From contig JANNXU010000084.1 in the NCBI GenBank assembly GCA_031409715.1, forward strand, positions 63,704-127,703: a stretch of 64,000 nt of DNA. The letters are read 5' to 3'. How positions within the stretch are numbered: the stretch's first letter is position 1; each line of letters begins with the position of its first letter. The notes under the pieces were generated by a model, which made no database searches, was not told the DNA's origin, and saw only the letters and a program-made list of their open reading frames with translations. This document shows, one piece after another, positions 54,638-63,309 of the stretch. The translations under genes and the position numbers were made by a program. This DNA comes from Gemmatimonadaceae bacterium. GTDB lineage: Bacteria; Gemmatimonadota; Gemmatimonadetes; Gemmatimonadales; Gemmatimonadaceae.

Positions 54638-56413
54638 TCAGTCATACCAGCCCTGCAGGTGCCAGGTGTCGGACTCGTGGTAGACGAGCAGGGTGCCGAC
54701 TTCGCGGGTGTGGAGGTGCCAGTAGTCGCGGGCGAAGGGGGTGCGCCACCAGGCGCCGGTGAGGCGTTCGGGGCCGGTGGTGTCGAGGATGGTGAAGGTG
54801 TGTGACTGCCAGACGCCGGCGAGGGGGCGGTAGTCGCCGTCGCAGGTGATGCGGACCGGCTGCGGCGGGGTCAGCAGGCGGAGGGCGGCGGGGGTGGCGG
54901 TGCGGTCGCCGGCGAAGAGGGGGAGCCATTCGCCGAGGTGGGTGGTGAGGGCGTGATCGTCGCTGCGGGGGGCGACGGCGTTCTGCGCGACGGTGCGGGC
55001 GGCGGCGACGGCGGCATCGTCGCCGTCCACCAGCTCCGCCCAGGCGCCGCACCGTTCGGCGCGGTGATCGTCGCGCAGCACCGGGCGCATGACGCAGTCG
55101 GGGCCGAGGGTGCTGCGGAGGCGCTCGAGGGCGGCGAGGGCGGCGCCCGGGTCGCGCCAGCCGGCGTCGAGCAGGTCGCCCTGCTCGCCGGTGGCGGGGA
55201 GGGTATTGGTGAGCGTGACCGTGACGCCGCAGATCGGCGCGACCAGGGGCCAGTCGGCGAGGAGGGCGCGGCAGCGTTCGAAGAGCGGGGCGACGCGGGC
55301 GAGGGGATGCGCCGGCCGCACCTCGCGGGTGACGGTGTCGTGCGGGGCACCGTCGCGCGGGGCGGGGCGCAGCGCCGGCCGTGAGACCGGGCGCCCGTCG
55401 GCGGCGCCGGTGTCGGCCCGCTCCGGCCCTGCGTCCAGGCCCGCATCCTCCCGCGGCACACCATCCAGGTGCAGGGTGATGGAGACCGCGGCGGCCGCCA
55501 GCCCGTCCCGCACCAGATCGCGGACGAGGGTCTCCAGCGCCGCGCGCACCAGAAAGAGCGCTGGCTCCATGGTGTCACTGGCCCCGCCCAGCTCCGCCGT
55601 GACACTGCGCTGCGCCTCGAGGCGGGCGAGGACGGGGCGGCGCGGGTCCTCGCCATGGGCCAGCCGCCAGGCACCGAGGCCCGTCTCACCCCAGCGCCGC
55701 TCGATGTCCGCCACCGGCAGCGCCGCGAAGCCGCCCACCGTGCGGATCCCCAGTGCCTCGAGCGCGGCCACCAGCTCCTCGTCCAGCGGCAGGAACCCCA
55801 GCGGGAGCGGGGCAAGGAAGGCGGCATCGCCCGTGGAGGGGATGCAGACCGCCCGCTCGCAGTCCGCCGGGAGGGCATGCCAGGTGGCGGCACGGGCGGC
55901 GGCGCAGGAGTCGGCGACGGCCACGCGGGCCAGCGGATGCCAGCGCTGGGCGAGCCCCAGCAGGGTGCGGGCGAGGCGCCGCTCCCCCCCGATGGCGTCG
56001 AACCCCGTGGCGCCCACCCACCAGGTCCCGTTGACCGCCCCGGCCGGGGAGACGTGCGGGCTGGCCTGGATCAGCGCCGCCGTGGCGCGGGTGAGGGCCC
56101 CCGCGATCGCGATCTCGTCCCACGGCAGCACCTCCAGCCGGCTGCAGCGGGCCTTTGCCTCGGGAACGGTCATCCCCGCCCGCACCCGGGCCTTCCCCGC
56201 AGCAGCCGTTACCGCCCGAAGCCGAGTGCCGTCGGCAAGGGCGAGGAGCCGCTCATCCCAGTGCTTCCCCGGGTCGGCCGCAGGTGGTGCGCTGGCCGGC
56301 TCGCTGGTCTCCAGCCCCAGCCCGAGCTGCCGCGGCCCCTGGCTGGCGCGCCAGACGGCACCAACCGGGAACCGCGGGATCCGGACACAGGCAACGCGCC
56401 AGAGAGCAGACAT
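54638..56413 (-). CDS. imuB: ImuB, Y-family-polymerase-like component of the imuB-dnaE2 mutagenesis cassette
   Basis: The N-terminus is MSALWRVACVRIPRFPVGAV with ...RAGMTVPEAKARC...VADSCAAARAA.... It has Y-family palm-like organisation and lies next to dnaE2. The start is at ATG 56411-56413. Confidence 0.85.
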   Translation of the reverse strand: MSALWRVACVRIPRFPVGAVWRASQGPRQLGLGLETSEPASAPPAADPGKHWDERLLALADGTRLRAVTAAAGKARVRAGMTVPEAKARCSRLEVLPWDEIAIAGALTRATAALIQASPHVSPAGAVNGTWWVGATGFDAIGGERRLARTLLGLAQRWHPLARVAVADSCAAARAATWHALPADCERAVCIPSTGDAAFLAPLPLGFLPLDEELVAALEALGIRTVGGFAALPVADIERRWGETGLGAWRLAHGEDPRRPVLARLEAQRSVTAELGGASDTMEPALFLVRAALETLVRDLVRDGLAAAAVSITLHLDGVPREDAGLDAGPERADTGAADGRPVSRPALRPAPRDGAPHDTVTREVRPAHPLARVAPLFERCRALLADWPLVAPICGVTVTLTNTLPATGEQGDLLDAGWRDPGAALAALERLRSTLGPDCVMRPVLRDDHRAERCGAWAELVDGDDAAVAAARTVAQNAVAPRSDDHALTTHLGEWLPLFAGDRTATPAALRLLTPPQPVRITCDGDYRPLAGVWQSHTFTILDTTGPERLTGAWWRTPFARDYWHLHTREVGTLLVYHESDTWHLQGWYD

Positions 56414-56670
56414 GGGACAGGTGGCACGCGATGGCGTGGAAGCGTGAAATCGATGACAGGGGAGGGTGGGAGAGGGAGCATACCGAAGAAACACCGAAGC
56501 GCAAGGAAGGCGACAGTGCTGGCGCGACCGCCCTCGCAGACGGTGACGGGCAAAGCCGCCACACACGAAAATGTGACCTTCTCAATTGTTGCGCTCGCTC
56601 GGCAGGTCGTGCGAAAAATCGCGGGACGAAGGCATCAATGGCTGTGTTCGCTTTATGGGCCAGGAAAGGC

Positions 56671-56693
56671 AAATCGTTGCCATGAAACGATTT
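56671..56693. promoter_or_regulatory. Palindrome AAATCGTT-N7-AACGATTT in the imuB / PEP-CTERM divergent spacer
   Basis: It has perfect 8-bp arms and is AT-rich compared with its surroundings. Confidence 0.4.
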
Positions 56694-56780
56694 AAGCATG
56701 CCAGGCGATGGGGGCGCAGAATTGCAATGGATGAGCCCGTAAGCAATTCGCCGCATCCTTCCCCCCCTCGGGAGTTCCAC

Positions 56781-57476
56781 ATGGTCCGCTCAATCATCCG
56801 CACCGCCGCCGCCATCACCATCGCCTTCGTCGCCGCCGTACCGGCGCAGGCGCAGTACTCCTTCGTGCCGACCAGCGCCGGCATCGGCGGTTCCAGCGTG
56901 CTTGGCTGGGCGCAGCTTGGCAGCACCTACACCGCAGTCGCCAACACCACGTCCGGCCTGACCATCACGAACACCGCCACCACCGCGACGATCTCCCATA
57001 CGGTCAATACCAGCTTCGAGCGTCGCGATCAGGGCAACGGCTGGGGCGGCAACTTTGCGCCGAACAGCGCACTGCTGTGGAATCGCGGCGACAACGGACC
57101 GCTCACGATCATGTTCTCCGGCGCCGTCGGGGCAGCCGGTTCCGCCTACCAGAAAGACGCGTACGGCGCGTTCACCGGCACGATCGAGGCGCTCGATGCC
57201 GGCCAGAACGTGCTCGCGACATTCACGTTCTCGGGCAACTCGAACGGAAATAGTGACGGCAGTGCCGTGTTCGCCGGCATCGCCAGCACGCTCAACAACA
57301 TCTGGGGCGTTCGCTTCACCGGCACCAGCGGCAGCGCGCCCAACAACTTCGCCATCAGCAACGTCTCGATGAACCTGAACGCCCAGGTCGTCCCGGAACC
57401 GTCCACCTACGCCCTGCTCGGCACGGGCCTGCTGGCACTCGGCGGCGTCGCCCGTCGCCGCCGCATCACGGCCTGA
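56781..57476 (+). CDS. PEP-CTERM sorting-domain secreted protein
   Basis: The signal peptide is MVRSIIRTAAAITIAFVAAVPAQA and the C-terminus is VPEPSTYALLGTGLLALGGVARRRR. GGGAG lies upstream of the ATG. Confidence 0.88.
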   Translation: MVRSIIRTAAAITIAFVAAVPAQAQYSFVPTSAGIGGSSVLGWAQLGSTYTAVANTTSGLTITNTATTATISHTVNTSFERRDQGNGWGGNFAPNSALLWNRGDNGPLTIMFSGAVGAAGSAYQKDAYGAFTGTIEALDAGQNVLATFTFSGNSNGNSDGSAVFAGIASTLNNIWGVRFTGTSGSAPNNFAISNVSMNLNAQVVPEPSTYALLGTGLLALGGVARRRRITA

Positions 57477-57484
57477 CCTGACCT

Positions 57485-57513
57485 GCCGACCGGCGCATGG
57501 TGCGCCGGTCGGC
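57485..57513 (+). terminator. 13-bp-stem hairpin after the PEP-CTERM gene
   Basis: GCCGACCGGCGCA-tgg-TGCGCCGGTCGGC lies 9 nt after the stop. There is no T-tract. Confidence 0.55.
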
Positions 57514-57659
57514 GCGAGCGGAGAGGGAACGACGACGTGCCCGGTGGTCGGCCTGTGGCCAGCCCCGGGCACGATGCGTTGGGAGACTCCAAATGGCACG
57601 GTCCGGTGTTTCAATTCCGTCCCGTACGTCGCCACCACGATCCTCCTCACTTCGCCTTC

Positions 57660-59633
57660 ATGTCACGGCACTCCGCACTGCTGCTGCTCAGCGTCCTCAC
57701 CGCCCCGCTGCTGGCGGCCCAGAGCCGGCCCGCCCCGCGGCCGGTCACCGACACCTCGATCTTCGCGCCGCTCGTGCTGCCGACGCCGAGCGAGTTCCGC
57801 AGCGGCAGTGGAGCGCCCGGGGCGCGGTACTGGCAGAATCGCGCCGACTACACGATCCTCACCACGCTCGACACCGCCGCCACGACGGTGAAGAGCGAGA
57901 TGACGCTGCGCTACACCAACAACTCACCCGACACGCTGTATTTCGTCTGGCTGCAGACGGAGCAGAACGCCTTCAAGGCGAAGTCGCTGAACAGCTTCAT
58001 CTTTCCCGAGGACTCGCGCTTCGGCGCCCGCGGCTTCGAGGGGGGCTACACCTTCTCGCGCGTGGAGCAGCGCCTGGGCACCGCGACCGCACCGCGCCGC
58101 GTGAAGCTCGCCACACGCGTCAACGAAACGGTGACGAAAGTGGACCTGGCCGAGCCGCTGGCGCCAGGGAAGACGGCGGTGATCGAGATCGCGTACCAGT
58201 TCCAGGTGCCGGAACATGGCGCCGACCGCATGGGCCGCGAGGGTTCACTCTACGAGATCGCGCAATGGTACCCGCGCGTGGCGGTGTACGACGACGTGCG
58301 CGGCTGGAACATCGAGCCCTATCTGGGTCAGGGCGAGTTCTACCTCGACTTCGGTGACTACAATCTCGAGATCACCGTGCCCGCTGGCTACATCGTGGCC
58401 GCCACGGGGTCGCTCGAGAACCCGCGTGACGTGCTGACGGCCACGCAGCTGACGCGCCTGGCCACTGCAGCGCGCAGCGACACCGTGATCCGCCTCATCA
58501 CCGCCGCCGAGCTGGCGTCAGGTGCGGCGCGTCCGCGCAAGACGGGGATGATGACGTGGAAGTTCGCGGCGAGGAACGTGCGTGACGCGGTCTGGGCCGC
58601 GTCGCCCGAGTTCCAGTGGGATGCGTCGAGCTGGAAGGGGATCTACGCCTTCGCGTACTACCGTCCGAGTGCGGCCGCCAACTGGAAGGATGCGGCGGAT
58701 CAGTCGCGGATGTCGATCCAGGAATACTCCGAGCGCTGGTTCCAGTATCCGTGGCCGCACATCTCGGCCATCGAGGGGCCGATCAGCGGCATGGAGTACC
58801 CGATGATCGCGATGGAGAACCGCAGCGACGACGTGTACGACCTGTACAACGTGGTGACGCACGAGATCGGCCACATGTGGTTCCCGATGATCGTGGCCAG
58901 CAACGAGCGCGCCTACATGTGGCAGGACGAGGGCTTCAACACCTTCATCAACACCTTCTCCGAGGCGCGCCGCTATCCGCAGCGGGGTGATCAGATGGCA
59001 CGTGCCGAGGAGGAGCGCGGCACGGTGGAGCAGGTGATGCGTGCCGGCGTCGAAGGGCCGATTGCCGTGGGTCCGGATCGCATCGACCCGCGCCTGCTGG
59101 GCGTGTCGGCGTACGTGAAGCCGAGCGTCGGCCTGCAGCTGCTGCGGCAGGAGATCCTCGGCCCGGAGGCATTCGACGATGCATTCCGGACGTACATCCG
59201 TCGCTGGGCCTACAAGCATCCGACACCCGCCGATTTCTTCCGGACGATGGAGGATGTGGGCGGCCGCCGCCTGGACTGGTTCTGGCGCGGGTGGTTCCTC
59301 GAGAACGCGCGGTACGACCAGGCGGTGGACACGGTGGTGACACGCCAGGAGGGCGCCGCGCAGCAGGTGATCGTCGGCTACGGCAATCGCGAACGGGGCG
59401 TGCTGCCGATCCGGGCGCTCTTCACCTTCAGCGATGGCAGCACCGAGGCGTATCACTATCCGGCCGAGGTGTGGAGCACGAACAGCGTGCGCTACCTGCG
59501 GCGGTACACGTTCACGGGGAAGACGCTGGTGAAGGTGGAGCTCGATCCGGAGAACCGTCTCCCCGACATCACGCAGGCGAACAACACCTGGACGGCGCCT
59601 GCCACTGAGAAGGCGCGGCAGGTCGTGCCCTGA
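57660..59633 (+). CDS. M1-family zinc metallopeptidase (aminopeptidase N-like), secreted
   Basis: The signal peptide is MSRHSALLLLSVLTAPLLAAQS. The motif VVTHEIGHMWFP...WQDEGFNTF matches HEXXH-X18-E. Confidence 0.9.
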   Translation: MSRHSALLLLSVLTAPLLAAQSRPAPRPVTDTSIFAPLVLPTPSEFRSGSGAPGARYWQNRADYTILTTLDTAATTVKSEMTLRYTNNSPDTLYFVWLQTEQNAFKAKSLNSFIFPEDSRFGARGFEGGYTFSRVEQRLGTATAPRRVKLATRVNETVTKVDLAEPLAPGKTAVIEIAYQFQVPEHGADRMGREGSLYEIAQWYPRVAVYDDVRGWNIEPYLGQGEFYLDFGDYNLEITVPAGYIVAATGSLENPRDVLTATQLTRLATAARSDTVIRLITAAELASGAARPRKTGMMTWKFAARNVRDAVWAASPEFQWDASSWKGIYAFAYYRPSAAANWKDAADQSRMSIQEYSERWFQYPWPHISAIEGPISGMEYPMIAMENRSDDVYDLYNVVTHEIGHMWFPMIVASNERAYMWQDEGFNTFINTFSEARRYPQRGDQMARAEEERGTVEQVMRAGVEGPIAVGPDRIDPRLLGVSAYVKPSVGLQLLRQEILGPEAFDDAFRTYIRRWAYKHPTPADFFRTMEDVGGRRLDWFWRGWFLENARYDQAVDTVVTRQEGAAQQVIVGYGNRERGVLPIRALFTFSDGSTEAYHYPAEVWSTNSVRYLRRYTFTGKTLVKVELDPENRLPDITQANNTWTAPATEKARQVVP

Positions 59634-59842
59634 GCACGACATCTGTGTCGAGGTGGGCATCGCCACCTCCGTTCCTCCATGCCACCGTGTGAACAGCGTT
59701 GACGATGCCCCGCTGACGCAGACGTCGAGGTGCGTCACCCGTCGAGGCGATGCCTGCTGGCGGAGCCTGCCCGTAGCCTTCCTGAGCGGAATGCGAAACA
59801 GTGCGGGAGTGCGGTCCCACGGACGAACAGGAGGGAGGAGGA

Positions 59843-60160
59843 ATGACGATGACGCGAGTACTGGCTGGGATGGCGATTGTCTACTGCCTGAGCGGCTGTC
59901 AGAAGAACTACATCAACATGCACAACGGTGCGCCGCAGCATGAGGTGCGTGTGGTGCACAATTGCGACAATGGCGTCGCTAAAGTCTACTTCATCGCGAG
60001 TATGCGATGCGGAGCCACATCACCGGAACGTCCCACAGCGTCATGCGTGGCTACCCGTTGCGCATCAAGCTCGCCGCGGGTAATCACCGCATGGTCGTCG
60101 ATGATGGATCCCGGATCTACTCGCGCGACTTTCGTGTGGCAGGGCCGCTGGAGCTCGTGA
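59843..60160 (+). CDS. Small lipoprotein gene, possibly frameshifted (see finding)
   Basis: GGAGGAGGA lies upstream of ATG 59843. MTMTRVLAGMAIVYCLSGC carries a lipobox. GC3 drops in this frame after about 60000, while another frame (60007-60183) gains it. Confidence 0.45.
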   Translation: MTMTRVLAGMAIVYCLSGCQKNYINMHNGAPQHEVRVVHNCDNGVAKVYFIASMRCGATSPERPTASCVATRCASSSPRVITAWSSMMDPGSTRATFVWQGRWSS

Positions 60161-60255
60161 GTAACTGTCAGACGTCCCGGTGAGGTTCGGGCGCGCGGGC
60201 GGCGAGATGTCGGCGCTGACGTTGTTCGCGATGTGCTGAACGGCCCGTCACACCC

Positions 60256-61809
60256 TCAGCGTGGCACGGCGGGTTGGGGAACCGTCACATCCAGCGCTGC
60301 CGTCTCGATCACACCGCTCATGCGGCGCACCTGCACGAATACGCGATAGGTCCCAGCGGACGGGAACGCGACCGGGAAGCTCACTGCGCCGGTCGCGGCC
60401 ACCGCCGGCGCTGCCATCGCACCGTGCATCGCATGCATCCCCTCAGGCATGCCCGCCATCGGTTGCGCCTCGCCATGCATGGCCGTGTCACCCGCCTCGC
60501 GTCGCACGAGACGTTCCTGTGCGGCCATCGAGCCGGTCCCCATCGGGTGCAGGTGCATGAACACGCGGCCATCGGTGCGCAGCAGCATCGCGTGACCGGC
60601 CATGCCGAGCCACGGTGCCAGCGGCATCGGTGAGCCGTCGGCATTGGTGAGGCGCGCCGTGATCACGACGTCGCGGCCCACGGTCGCCGCGCGGTCGAGT
60701 ACGATCGCGAACGTCGCCCTGTCGCCGAGTGTGGCCGGTGCGTCGTTCACCGTGGGTGGCTGCAGTGACCACGCATCATCGCCGTCGGGATTCGGAGCCG
60801 CGTCGCCCGCAGTCACGGTGACGGTGTCCACGATGGTGCGCGTCGCGCCGCTCTCGTGCACCACATCGGCAAACAGCCAGTACGTGCCAGCATGCACGGC
60901 GGGGAGTGGCGTCGTGAACGTGCGTTCACCCGTCCGGACGGGATGCAGGTGTGCGACCGCGTCCGTGCCGCCTGCCTCGACGAGAAAGAGGTGCATCAGC
61001 TTGCCGTGGTCGGGCATCAGCGGCGTCGACATCCCGCCGCGCAGTCGTTCACCGGGCTTCGCGAAACGCCACGCGCTGTCGGTCACGGTCAGCGTGAGCG
61101 TGCGCTGCGCACCGCTGCTCACGACGCCTTCCGCGCGCACGGGTCGCAGCAGCGAGCTGCGGAAGCCCGCTTCCACGGAACTCCACCACTTCCAGCCTCC
61201 GGTCACCAGCGTGGCGGTGATCACGAACGCGATGGCCGCCGCGAAGCGTGCGCGCCGATGGCGGGGCCGGTCAGGCGTGACACCCGCCGGCAGCGTGGCC
61301 TCGCGCGCGGCGGCGCCGATCACCGACGCCAGCCCGAAGACGAGGAACGCGCCCAGCGCGGCCAGCACCCAGCCCAGCCAGTTGGGCATGCCGAGTGTGG
61401 CCGTGGCGGCGCTGGTGTACGGCACGATGAAGGTGCCGCTGCCGGCGGGTCCGCTGGCCGCGATGTGCAAGGCGTACGAGCCGCTGCTCATGATCCAGAT
61501 CTGCGTCTGGAAGGTGCCCGGCTCGCCCGGGACTGCGACGGCGGATTCAGGCGCGGGCGCACCCTTCGTGCCGTACCGCCAGAGCGCGGGTTGCAGCGTG
61601 ACCGCGGTCGGCAGCGCGCCAGGCGTGGTGGTGCGGATCACGACATCCACCAGCCCAGGGATCACCGCCGGCGGGCGCACCAGCACCCGCAGGCCGTACG
61701 GGCCGGCGGAGCCGTCCTGCACGACCATCGTGCTGCCGACGTGTGCGCTGCCGGTGAGCCAGACGGCGGTCAGCAGCAGCAGCGACGTGACACGCCGGCG
61801 CATGCTCAT
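60256..61809 (-). CDS. Hypothetical exported/membrane protein with a Met/His-rich C-terminal motif
   Basis: The N-terminus is MSMRRRVTSLLLLTAVWLTGSAHV, with two central TM helices. The C-terminal motif is MHGEAQPMAGMPEGMHAMHGAM. An ATGA overlap links it to the upstream gene. Confidence 0.6.
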   Translation of the reverse strand: MSMRRRVTSLLLLTAVWLTGSAHVGSTMVVQDGSAGPYGLRVLVRPPAVIPGLVDVVIRTTTPGALPTAVTLQPALWRYGTKGAPAPESAVAVPGEPGTFQTQIWIMSSGSYALHIAASGPAGSGTFIVPYTSAATATLGMPNWLGWVLAALGAFLVFGLASVIGAAAREATLPAGVTPDRPRHRRARFAAAIAFVITATLVTGGWKWWSSVEAGFRSSLLRPVRAEGVVSSGAQRTLTLTVTDSAWRFAKPGERLRGGMSTPLMPDHGKLMHLFLVEAGGTDAVAHLHPVRTGERTFTTPLPAVHAGTYWLFADVVHESGATRTIVDTVTVTAGDAAPNPDGDDAWSLQPPTVNDAPATLGDRATFAIVLDRAATVGRDVVITARLTNADGSPMPLAPWLGMAGHAMLLRTDGRVFMHLHPMGTGSMAAQERLVRREAGDTAMHGEAQPMAGMPEGMHAMHGAMAAPAVAATGAVSFPVAFPSAGTYRVFVQVRRMSGVIETAALDVTVPQPAVPR

Positions 61810-62987
61810 CGCTTCACCTCGCGCAGCCATCCACCCCACGCCAGACCGATGCGCGACGAGACGACGGCCGCCAGCACGCCCCACGTCATCGCTTTCGCGA
61901 CCGCCACCATCGCACCACCCTCGTCCACCCAGAACGTCCGTGGTCCGGTGAGGAATTCGGCGGGTACACTGTACGGCGCGAAGCCGCCGCCGAAGAAGGG
62001 ATGGCGGCCGATCTCCGTCGCGAGCAGTGCGCCGAACGGCCACTGGACGGCGAGGAGCGCCAGCACGAACGTCAGGCCGAGCACGACGGCGGTGAGCCAG
62101 GCGTTGCGATGCGCCATGCGGCGCAGCACCAGATCGATCGCTACGGCCGGGACGAGCAGCAGCAGCGGGAAATTCATCGGCACCATGTGCGTGACCTCAT
62201 GCCCGATCGGGCCGAGCCTGGGCGTCGCCGCGAACAGCGGGAAGATCCAGAGCTGGACGGCCATGATGCACATGTAGAACGCCGCGGTGGCCGTGGCCGG
62301 CCAGCGCAGCCGCGAGGCCCGCGACGCCGCCACGAGGAAGAGCGGATACACGCCGCCAGCGACGATGTAGAAGAGCGAGTTGTGCATGATCTCCACGTCG
62401 CTGTACTCCGTCACGGCGATCGCAGCGAGCGTCAGCAGCACGCCACTCGCAAACGCCACGACGGTCGCACGCGCCGTGGTGTCGCCCTCGGCGTTCTGCG
62501 AACTGACGGCCATCGTCTGCGCACCGACGAGGATGCCGAGCAGACCGCAGAGCAGCACCACGTGCGGTGGGCTGAGGATCTGCACGTCCAGGCCGTAGGC
62601 GTTGTGCCACCAGTCGTCGAAGGGCGCCGAGGTGAGCATCGCCAGCGCGCCCCAGATGCAGATCCAGCCACCGATGGGGCCGGTGAAGAACTTCCACAGG
62701 CGCACGCCGTCCGTCGCGTGCGTCTCCTTCCGCCAGAACGAGTTGGCGAGGACGCGTGCGCCGCACGACAGTCCGGCGAGCGTGCCACCGAAGTAGATGG
62801 CCATGTGCGCCGGCGTCCAGAACGTGTCGCGGCCGATGGTCATGTGCCACGAGATGTCCCAGATCAGCCCGACCAGGATGCTGGTGGCGCCGAGGACGAC
62901 GGCGGTGAGGTGGAGCGGAATCTCGCGGGCCGGCGCGGCGGTGCGGCTGGGCGCAGAGGTGCCGGGGGAGAGGATCGAGGTAGCCAT
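61806..62987 (-). CDS. Hypothetical polytopic membrane protein
   Basis: A 393-aa protein with about 9-10 hydrophobic segments and conserved-looking His/Trp (WDISWHMTIGRDTFWTPAH, DDWWHN). The start is at ATG 62985-62987. Confidence 0.6.
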   Translation of the reverse strand: MATSILSPGTSAPSRTAAPAREIPLHLTAVVLGATSILVGLIWDISWHMTIGRDTFWTPAHMAIYFGGTLAGLSCGARVLANSFWRKETHATDGVRLWKFFTGPIGGWICIWGALAMLTSAPFDDWWHNAYGLDVQILSPPHVVLLCGLLGILVGAQTMAVSSQNAEGDTTARATVVAFASGVLLTLAAIAVTEYSDVEIMHNSLFYIVAGGVYPLFLVAASRASRLRWPATATAAFYMCIMAVQLWIFPLFAATPRLGPIGHEVTHMVPMNFPLLLLVPAVAIDLVLRRMAHRNAWLTAVVLGLTFVLALLAVQWPFGALLATEIGRHPFFGGGFAPYSVPAEFLTGPRTFWVDEGGAMVAVAKAMTWGVLAAVVSSRIGLAWGGWLREVKR

Positions 62988-63309
62988 GGGCGTCCGGACC
63001 GGGGGCGGGTGCGTGCGATCCTGTAACTTACGCTCGCCCAACACATTGGTGACACGCCGGCGTGGACCGCAGAAGGCGAGTACGTTCTGGCACGCCGGCG
63101 GGCGACGATCGAGCCCGGTGCGCCGGGGCGTCGGGCACCGAGTGACTGCCGCGGCCGTTACATCTCGTCGTCCTTTGTACACCTTCTCGTTCCGTGGACC
63201 CCGTGCGGCAAGATTTTCGGTCGGATTGCTCTGGTATGCTGACGCCGATTCATGCAGTGAGTCGCCGCCCGATCGGTCACGCGCTGGTGGCGCCCGGCGT
63301 GGTGCGCCC

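Noticed and set aside
54063-54762. Four 73-116-aa ORFs across the pyp/imuB palindrome.
   Set aside because: They are symmetrical translations of repeat arms (AVAVAV, CNCNCN peptides) and are not credible genes.
56414-56780. An imuA/imuA' gene upstream of imuB (ORFs 56253..56780 and 56582..56926).
   Set aside because: The translations are low complexity with no RecA-like Walker motif, and they overlap the imuB start and the divergent promoter region.
62988-63309. A NiCo or cobalamin riboswitch upstream of the NicO transporter.
   Set aside because: I could not recognise a B12 box or any conserved riboswitch core by eye. This needs an Rfam scan before any claim.
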